Assembly (NCBI GenBank): GCA_025359565.1
Contig: JANYFY010000005.1
Location: forward strand, 19,746 to 43,745
Source: Gammaproteobacteria bacterium
Lineage (GTDB): Bacteria; Pseudomonadota; Gammaproteobacteria; Steroidobacterales; Steroidobacteraceae
Direction: 5' to 3'
Length of the DNA stretch: 24,000 nt
This document shows positions 17,529-22,624 of this stretch, one piece after another. Positions within the stretch are counted from its first letter, which is position 1; every line of letters starts with the position of its first letter. The notes below the pieces were generated by a model that saw only the letters and a program-made list of their open reading frames with translations, searched no databases and was not told the DNA's origin. A program made the position numbers and the translations under genes.

Positions 17529-17544
17529 GTCAGGCCGTCAGGCC
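17529..17544. repeat. 8-bp tandem duplication (GTCAGGCC x2) spanning the HTH stop codon
   Basis: Units at 17529-17536 and 17537-17544. The minus-strand TGA stop (17538-17540) lies in the second unit. Confidence 0.9.
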
Positions 17545-17726
17545 AAATGCCGCTCGTCTAATCTGCGCCAGGCGCGTAGCGCCGCCTCAGCCGGCCCAGA
17601 GACTTTTTCGCCCTCAGCACACCATCGGGTTACCGTGCGCGGCGAGATACCCAGAAGCTGCGCTGCCTCAGTCTGGGTCAGACCCAATGCTTGAATGTGC
17701 TCCTGAAGCTCTTGTGCTGACATCAT
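17538..17726 (-). CDS. Small XRE/Cro-like helix-turn-helix protein (62 aa)
   Basis: MMSAQELQEHIQALGLTQTEAAQLLGISPRTVTRWCAEGEKVSGPAEAALRAWRRL is a typical short HTH regulator or antitoxin pattern. It is the first gene of the minus-strand cassette. I prefer ATG 17726 over the TTG at 17747. Confidence 0.7.
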   Translation of the reverse strand: MMSAQELQEHIQALGLTQTEAAQLLGISPRTVTRWCAEGEKVSGPAEAALRAWRRLDERHLA

Positions 17727-17729
17727 TGC

Positions 17730-17772
17730 GCAAATTGCACCAGCCAAATTGTCTTGTGCCTATAGCCAAATG
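17730..17772. promoter_or_regulatory. Candidate operator elements for the HTH cassette (palindrome GCAAATTGC; direct repeats AGCCAAAT 22 bp apart)
   Basis: GCAA-A-TTGC at 17730-17738 abuts the HTH start codon. AGCCAAAT(T/G) occurs at 17742-17750 and 17764-17772, within the divergent intergenic region. Confidence 0.3.
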
Positions 17773-17833
17773 TGCCGAGGACTGCGCACAACTTATTGAT
17801 TTTAATTAGATTGCGCGTGAAGACGATTACTAG

Positions 17834-17851
17834 TAGAATACGCACATTCTA
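17834..17851. promoter_or_regulatory. Candidate phd-operon promoter/operator (TAGAAT-N6-ATTCTA inverted repeat)
   Basis: A perfect 6-bp-arm palindrome. The left arm TAGAAT is a good -10 hexamer. The AGGAG SD at 17851-17855 and ATG 17865 follow directly. Confidence 0.35.
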
Positions 17852-17864
17852 GGAGATACGTACT

Positions 17865-18146
17865 ATGCGCACAGACAACATCGTAACTGTCACCGCAGCC
17901 GAGTTTCATCGCAACATTGGGACGTACCAAGACATCGCGCTGACCAAGACAGTTACCATTACAAAGAATGGCCGGGAACGGACTGTCCTCATCTCCGCGG
18001 AAGAGTACGCACGGCTCAAGCGGCGAGACCGCCGAGTCATCTCGGCTGGGGAGCTCACGGATCGCCAAATCGCAGCGCTGCGGGAGACGAAGGTTCCGGA
18101 TCAGCACGCTGACCTGGACCGCGAGATCAAAGACTGGAAGCCGTGA
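17865..18146 (+). CDS. Phd/YefM-family type II antitoxin
   Basis: VTVTAAEFHRNIGTYQDIALTKTVTITKNGRERTVLISAEEYARLKR is the canonical Phd/YefM N-terminal fold signature. It has a strong SD, and its stop overlaps the next start (GTGA). Confidence 0.8.
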   Translation: MRTDNIVTVTAAEFHRNIGTYQDIALTKTVTITKNGRERTVLISAEEYARLKRRDRRVISAGELTDRQIAALRETKVPDQHADLDREIKDWKP

Positions 18147-18580
18147 GGTTCCCCGAACCGTATGCCGGTCTGATCATTCGCTATTCCTATCTCTGGAAGC
18201 GGGAGTTCGACGCTGGACGCGAAGAAGGCACTAACGACCGCCCCTGCGCCATAGTCATGACCATCGTAGATGAGGACGGTGACAAGGACGTGCTGGTGCT
18301 GCCGGTCACGCACAGCCCACCGGCTGATCCCGCCGATGCGATTGAGATTCCGGCGACAACCAAGAGCCGGCTCGGGCTCGACGGCGAGCGATCTTGGATC
18401 GTGATTACGGAAGCGAATGAGTTCGTATGGCCTGGTCCGGATCTCCGAGCAGTTCCGGGCCGCGATGAATCAACGATCGCCTACGGTCCATTGCCACCAC
18501 GTTTCTTCGCTCATGTGCGCGATAAATTTCTGGAGCGCGACCAGCGAGAGAAATCTGGGCGCGTGAAGCGCACTGAATAA
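18143..18580 (+). CDS. Putative toxin with MazF/PemK-like features (145 aa)
   Basis: Translationally coupled to the Phd gene. GLIIRYSYLW…GTNDRPCAIVMTIV…VLVLPVTHSPP…ERSWIVITEANEF resembles the SH3-like barrel pattern of PemK/MazF-related growth inhibitors (G-x-I/V … RP-x-V/I-V … P-I/V-T). The assignment is from memory. Confidence 0.5.
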   Translation: MRFPEPYAGLIIRYSYLWKREFDAGREEGTNDRPCAIVMTIVDEDGDKDVLVLPVTHSPPADPADAIEIPATTKSRLGLDGERSWIVITEANEFVWPGPDLRAVPGRDESTIAYGPLPPRFFAHVRDKFLERDQREKSGRVKRTE

Positions 18581-18790
18581 TCGTCCAACAGTCTCCAACA
18601 TGGAGCACTCCGAAATCGACAGTGGACCGGCATACCCCGACTGCGCGAGCATAAATGAAATTGGTGCCCGGACTTTGTTGTGATGTAGAAGCCGCCGTTG
18701 CCAAGTTCGTAGTTAGGGGAATTTTTGACTGTGGCACCGGAAATGGGCGCTACAGCCGCTCCACGTCAGAGGGCGCGGCCGCTGTTGTGA

Positions 18791-18959
18791 ATCGGCAAGC
18801 TGTTTGGACGCCGACCGGCGCCGCAACCTGTTGAGTCGACGGACACGGTTTCCAAAATCCCTGGTCCAAATTCAACGCCGATTCACACCCTCGACGACGG
18901 CGAGGCGGCAACGATTGCCTATGCCATGGAGCACTCTCTGGGCGTCATAATTGATGACG
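18791..18959 (+). pseudogene. PIN-domain gene remnant, 3'-truncated by an IS66 end
   Basis: The frame reads …IHTLDDGEAATIAYAMEHSLGVIIDD, the G-E-A-x-x-I-A … DD motif of PIN/VapC-like proteins. It has no start codon, an upstream in-frame stop at 18788-18790, and runs straight into the IS66 terminal sequence at 18960. Confidence 0.4.
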
Positions 18960-19057
18960 GTAAGTCCGCCCTTGCCTAGATCGGCTCGGTGTTGAAGGGT
19001 AGCATCGCCTCGAAGTCTTCGACGGTTTTGGCCCTCGGTAATTCAGCGAACAGGCGC
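18960..19057 (-). mobile_element. Solo IS66-family right-end fragment (inner part of the terminal inverted repeat; outermost ~12 bp missing or diverged) plus the last ~27 codons of tnpC
   Basis: GTAAGTCCGCCCTTGCCTAGA at 18960-18980, followed on the minus strand by …RLFAELPRAKTVEDFEAMLPFNTEPI*. It is 94/98 identical, in inverted orientation, to 22543-22640. Confidence 0.75.
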
Positions 19058-19188
19058 GCAAGGGCCTGCGCGGCGGCAATGCCCTCGAACCGACGATAGC
19101 CGAGTAATTTGCGCACGACAGACCCGTTTTTTTGCTCAATGCAGGCCTGATCGTTCTTCCGATAGGGTTTCGAGCGCGTCAGTGGCAC
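19058..19188 (-). pseudogene. Fragment of an rve-type (DDE) transposase/integrase core
   Basis: TRSKPYRKNDQACIEQKNGSVVRKLLGYRRFEG carries the conserved KND-x3-EQKN segment around the catalytic Glu. It is fused in frame to the IS66 tnpC tail, making the chimeric ORF 18976-19188. Confidence 0.5.
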
Positions 19189-19427
19189 TGCGCGCCGAGA
19201 GTGACAACGACTACGGCAGTCATTATCGGCAGGCCGAAGCGATCATCGCCAAGCTCATGCATCAATACAACGAAGAGCGATTACGTGCGACCTTGGGTTA
19301 CATGACGCCGGCAACCTGGCATCGTGGAGAACCGGAGGAAGTTCGAAACGAGCGTGCGCGGCGAATAGCGGCGGCCCGTGCGCATCGTAGAATGACCAAC
19401 CCGCAGCGATTTATCGAGGCGGCCTAA
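19182..19427 (+). pseudogene. C-terminal fragment of an IS3/IS481-like transposase
   Basis: …AEAIIAKLMHQYNEERLRATLGYMTPATW matches the conserved YN-x-x-R-x-H/R-x-x-LGY-x-TP tail of rve transposases. There is no N-terminal or catalytic region. Confidence 0.5.
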
Positions 19428-19521
19428 GCAGTGAAAGTCTCTCTTTCTGGTTCAGGCATTTTGTCCGGCTTGACTTGAAGCGCGACAATGCCGCAGCTGG
19501 GCCTCTGTTTGTCGAAAATCT

Positions 19522-19558
19522 AAACGCAAGTATGACGTATATAGCAAGCATGGCGTTT
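19522..19558. promoter_or_regulatory. Candidate operator upstream of the NTase/XRE pair (AAACGC…GCGTTT inverted ends enclosing GCAAG(T/C)ATG direct repeats)
   Basis: AAACGC at 19522-19527 pairs with GCGTTT at 19553-19558. GCAAGTATG at 19526-19534 and GCAAGCATG at 19544-19552 are 18 bp apart. The element ends 8 bp before ATG 19566. Confidence 0.3.
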
Positions 19559-19565
19559 ATCCCTT

Positions 19566-20141
19566 ATGATTAACCCCATGGGTCCTTTACCTCCCTTTGA
19601 CCAAGACGGCCTCTTGCCGGCGGGCGATTACGAGCTGGACTTTCAGCAGCTGCGCGAATCGTTTCTGGTGACGGGCGCAGGCGGCGAGTCGGTGACGTGG
19701 GATGCCCCTTGGCGGGAACTCCTCGTCAACAATCTGCAAGTCATGACCGCGCAACTCTGGAACGTGGGCGTGACCGATGTTTTTGCAGATGGCTCCTTCG
19801 TCGAGGAGAAGGACCACCCGAACGACATTGACGGGTATTTCGTTTGTTCTCTACAGGCGTTGGCTAGTGGGGAACTCGCACGCAAGTTGAACTTGCTCGA
19901 TCCACATAAGATTTGGACCTGGGACCCTCGATCCCGGCTGGCGTATCGGGGGTACCCGAAGAAGCAGCTTCCTATGTGGCACCGGTACCGAGTGGAGCTC
20001 TACCCGCATGTCGCAGGCTTCATGAGCGGCATTCGCGATTCCAACGGACACGAGCTGGAGTTTCCATCGGCCTTTCGCCAGTCGCGGCGTGACGGAAAGC
20101 CGCGCGGCATCATCAAGTTAAAACGAGGGGCATCGCCATGA
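19566..20141 (+). CDS. Minimal nucleotidyltransferase-fold protein (pol-beta superfamily, uncharacterised family); putative toxin/effector
   Basis: ADGSFVEEKDHPNDIDGYF is the G-S-X9-D-x-D NTase signature (G76, S77, D87, D89). The N-terminus LPPFDQDGLLPAGDYELDFQQL and the C-terminus VELYPH…FRQSRRDGKPRGIIKL match an uncharacterised NTase family I recall (possibly catalogued as DUF6932, unverified). The start could instead be ATG 19578. Confidence 0.7.
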   Translation: MINPMGPLPPFDQDGLLPAGDYELDFQQLRESFLVTGAGGESVTWDAPWRELLVNNLQVMTAQLWNVGVTDVFADGSFVEEKDHPNDIDGYFVCSLQALASGELARKLNLLDPHKIWTWDPRSRLAYRGYPKKQLPMWHRYRVELYPHVAGFMSGIRDSNGHELEFPSAFRQSRRDGKPRGIIKLKRGASP

Positions 20142-20587
20142 TTCGGAACGAAGCAGAGTACCAAGAGGCCGCTCAGCGGCTTGCTCAGGAATCTCTTCGG
20201 CTCGCCGAACATCGAGCCCGTCTCAAAGAGGCGGGTCTCGGCGACGACGAGATCAATCGCGTCATCGACCCGATTGAATCCTTCCATCTGCAGCTAAAGG
20301 AGGAAGTAGACGCTTATGAGCGGCTGAAGCGAGGGGAGTTCGCCGAGTTGGATGACCTGCGCGCCGTTGGACCTCTGCTCATCACGTCCCGTATCGCCCA
20401 AGGCATCTCCCAGCGTGAGCTCGCCCGTCGACTCGGCGTGCATGAATCCCAAGTGTCGCGCGATGAACGGAATGAGTACTTCGGAATTACCCTGGAGCGG
20501 GCGGCCAAAATCTTAGATACGCTCAACGTCCGATTGCACACCAAGATCGCGATCGAACCGCCGGCTCCGGTGGCGCAGGCCTCGTGA
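20138..20587 (+). CDS. XRE-family HTH protein with N-terminal helical extension; putative antitoxin/regulator
   Basis: ATGA overlap with the upstream gene. The C-terminal HTH_3 is LITSRIAQGISQRELARRLGVHESQVSRDERNEYFGITLERAAKIL. The N-terminal 75 aa are a charged helical region (NEAEYQEAAQRLAQESLRLAEHRARLKE…), as in HigA-like antitoxins. Confidence 0.8.
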   Translation: MIRNEAEYQEAAQRLAQESLRLAEHRARLKEAGLGDDEINRVIDPIESFHLQLKEEVDAYERLKRGEFAELDDLRAVGPLLITSRIAQGISQRELARRLGVHESQVSRDERNEYFGITLERAAKILDTLNVRLHTKIAIEPPAPVAQAS

Positions 20588-20694
20588 CGCCGGGGAGTGC
20601 TAACCGACGTCACACTTGCACGCCGACCAGCGCGCCAAATCGTTGATTCACAATGTCTGACAAGTCCCAAAGCTGATGAATCGGTGACGCTGGT

Positions 20695-20901
20695 TCACAC
20701 GTTGGGAGATTTCAGCGCATCCAGGAGATGCGTGTTATGGCCCCAGGGTAGCTGTGCAACAAGCTGTTGCACAATTGCCCCGTCCGGCCAGGCCTCGGCG
20801 AACGCACTCATATACTTGAGATTGTGTCGCCGCTGACTACACAGCAGTCCCGTGGCAGATGAATGGTCGCCTACTGTTTGAAATCGAACAGGCCTTTGAT
20901 T
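20695..20901 (-). pseudogene. N-terminal remnant of a YhcG/DUF1016-family (PDDEXK nuclease) gene
   Basis: The minus-strand frame reads …NLKYMSAFAEAWPDGAIVQQLVAQLPWGHNTHLLDALKSPNV*. The segment NLKYM-x-x-FAEAWPD…IVQQ-x-VAQLPWGHN is the highly conserved YhcG N-terminal motif. There is no start codon, the frame stops after 68 codons, and the nuclease domain is absent. Confidence 0.6.
20820..20843. repeat. 24-bp direct repeat, copy 2 (GATTGTGTCGCCGCTGACTACACA)
   Basis: It matches 16096-16119 at 23 of 24 positions. Its left edge coincides with the point where YhcG homology (NLKYM…) begins. Confidence 0.9.
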
Positions 20902-20910
20902 TTATGTTGA

Positions 20911-20935
20911 AAATGTCTCATAAATGTCGTACATT
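20911..20935. promoter_or_regulatory. Candidate AbiEi operator (AAATGTC direct repeats 11 bp apart; palindrome AATGTCGTACATT)
   Basis: AAATGTC at 20911-20917 and 20922-20928. The palindrome at 20923-20935 overlaps the ATG at 20924. AbiEi antitoxins are known autorepressors that bind repeats at their own promoter. Confidence 0.3.
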
Positions 20936-21361
20936 GACAGCATGAGAGAGACGCTGAAAACTCAAGTATCGAATCGGATCGACCGCAAGCGCGGCGACGT
21001 GTTTCTGCGTGCGGATTTCGACGATCTCGGCGACTACGATCAGGTCGGTCGCGTACTGCGACAATTCGTCCGTCAGGGCAAGCTCCTGAGAATCGGATCG
21101 GGTCTCTATGCGCGTACACGGCCATCGACGTTGGATGGTACGCCGACCCCGGTCAAGGGTCTGCGCGCCCTTGCCGATGAAGCGCTTCGACGTCTCGGCA
21201 TTCAGACCGCGCCAACGCGTCTTGAGCAAGACTATAGCGCCGGGAAAACTACACAGGTGCCTGCCGGCCGCCGCGTGGCCGTGAATAAGCGTGTCCGCCG
21301 CAAGATCGGCTTCAACGGTGTCCTCGTGAGTTTCGAGCGTGCTCGACCGTCGCCTCGTTGA
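20924..21361 (+). CDS. AbiEi-like (DUF6088-type) type IV antitoxin / transcriptional regulator
   Basis: GDVFLRADFDDLGDYDQVGRVLRQFVRQGKLLRIGSGLYAR is the winged-helix signature of AbiEi/DUF6088 proteins (vF…dF…lg…v…L.rLv..G.l.Ri.rGlY). It overlaps the start of the AbiEii gene. Confidence 0.7.
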   Translation: MSYIDSMRETLKTQVSNRIDRKRGDVFLRADFDDLGDYDQVGRVLRQFVRQGKLLRIGSGLYARTRPSTLDGTPTPVKGLRALADEALRRLGIQTAPTRLEQDYSAGKTTQVPAGRRVAVNKRVRRKIGFNGVLVSFERARPSPR

Positions 21362-21695
21362 GGATATCGCCAACAGGCTGCGTCCCGGCGGCGAGGGCCT
21401 GATTGAAAAGGACTGGCACGTCGTCCGCGCCATAAAGGCACTTGCGGCAATCGATCATGGCGATATGCGGCCGGCATTCTCGGGCGGAACATCTCTCTCG
21501 ATAGGCTGGGGGCTAATCAAGCGATTTTCGGAAGACGTTGATTTCAAGGTTGCTGCACCAGCAAGTGCGACCGTTTCGAAAGCGCGCGCGCAGCGGAGCG
21601 CTTACCGAAAAAAAATTCTTTCAGCCCTCAGTGAAGTGGACTTCCAACTTATCGGAACGCCTCTCGTCCGCAATAGCAGTTCCTTCTTTGCGTAA
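21339..21695 (+). pseudogene. AbiEii/AbiGii-family nucleotidyltransferase toxin, N-terminal ~117 codons only (truncated by IS66 insertion)
   Basis: EKDWHVVRAIKAL…FSGGTSLSIGWGLIKRFSEDVDFKV is the AbiEii NTase core (GGT-x-L … RFSEDxDF). The ORF ends at a TAA supplied by the IS66 left end (GTAAGCG at 21692). Full-length family members are roughly 2.5 times longer. Confidence 0.7.
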
Positions 21696-21774
21696 GCGAC
21701 CGGGTAAGTACGCCCTGCCGGAGTTGATCGAAGTCTGATGATATATCGACCGAGTTGAACTTCAGGAGATTGGC

Positions 21775-22141
21775 ATGTTGACCTCAGAACAGCGGGCGAC
21801 GATGAGTGCGATGTGGCGTGCGCATTGGGAGGGCTGGAAGGAGTCGGGCGAGTCAATGGCCGGCGTACGCGCGGCGGCAGGGATTTGATGCGGATGCGGC
21901 GTATCGGTGGAAGCGGATTTTACGTCGCGGCGGTGCGTGGATTGAGGATGCGCCGTTGACTTGCAAAGCGATGCCGCCGCCCCCGGCGGTGAAGTTTGCA
22001 CGCGTGGCGTTGAACGATTCAGCGCGCCCGGCATCGATGTTGCTGCAGATTTCACTCTCCCATGGCCGGCGAGCGGAGCTCGATCTACAGGATGTGTCGC
22101 AGCACGGCGCGGTGATCGCAGCGCTCGAGCAGGCGGGGTGA
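21775..22141 (+). pseudogene. tnpA: IS66 tnpA (orf1) with a +1 frameshift
   Basis: AGGAG SD, then ATG 21775. MLTSEQRATMSAMWRAHWEGWKESGESM is followed after an extra G near 21860 (ATGGCCGGCGTAC) by a second frame: AYARRQGFDADAAYRWKRILRR…ALEQAG*. Confidence 0.7.
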
Positions 22142-22170
22142 TCGTAACCGGTGTCAGGCCGGCGTATTGA

Positions 22171-22410
22171 TTAGTTCGGTATACCGTGCAGGTCAGAGCG
22201 CAGCGGATTGTCGGCGAAATATTGTTTCCACAGACGCGGCGTGAGCTCGGCGACTCGGGACGCGGGGTGCTGTGCGACCCGTTGCAGTACGTCGACGAGA
22301 TAGGTATACGGATCGACGCCGTGCAGCCGGCAGGTCACGATCAAGCTTTGAATGATGCCGACGTCGCGGGCGCCGAGTTCGGTCCAGCAAAAAAGCCATG
22401 AACGTCTGTT
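22171..22410 (-). pseudogene. tnpC: 3' fragment of a second, different IS66-family tnpC (inverted)
   Basis: NRRSWLFCWTELGARDVGIIQSLIVTCRLHGVDPYTYLVDVLQRVAQHPASRVAELTPRLWK is the conserved C-terminal block of IS66 TnpC (NWLF … SLI-x-TC-x-x-x-G-x-x-P-x-x-YL). It diverges from the plus-strand copy. Confidence 0.65.
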
Positions 22411-22414
22411 ATAG

Positions 22415-22624
22415 AAATACTTCGAAAACAGACGCAACTGGTTATTCGCGGACACCGTGAAGGGAGCGAAGGCTAGTGCAGCCCTCTACAGCATCGTCTC
22501 CACTGCACGCGCCAATGGCCTCGAGCCCTACGCGTATCTGCGGCGCCTGTTCGCTGAATTACCGAAAGCCAAAACCGTCGAAGACTTCGAGGCGATGCTA
22601 CCCTTCAACACCGCGCCAATCTAG
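22415..22624 (+). pseudogene. tnpC: 3' fragment of IS66 tnpC ending in the right inverted repeat
   Basis: KYFENRRNWLFADTVKGAKASAALYSIVSTARANGLEPYAYLRRLFAELPKAKTVEDFEAMLPFNTAPI*. The stop at 22622-24 lies inside the terminal repeat. Confidence 0.7.

Noticed and set aside
15688-17726. The idea that the whole cassette is one ~680-codon gene broken by two stops and one frameshift
   Set aside because: The 366-aa ORF has its own strong SD and a natural-looking N-terminus. The HTH stop TGA is contained in both copies of the 8-bp duplication, so it is not a simple recent point mutation. I kept the frame relationships as an observation, not as a call.
22138-22170. GTAACCGGTGTCAGGCC at 22144, first taken for an IS66 terminal repeat
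   Set aside because: It is the 5' end of tnpB (GTG overlapping the tnpA stop; VIVTGVRPAY*, cf. the MI…GVRV… starts of IS66 TnpB). The true terminal repeats are GTAAGCGA… at 21692 and 22652.
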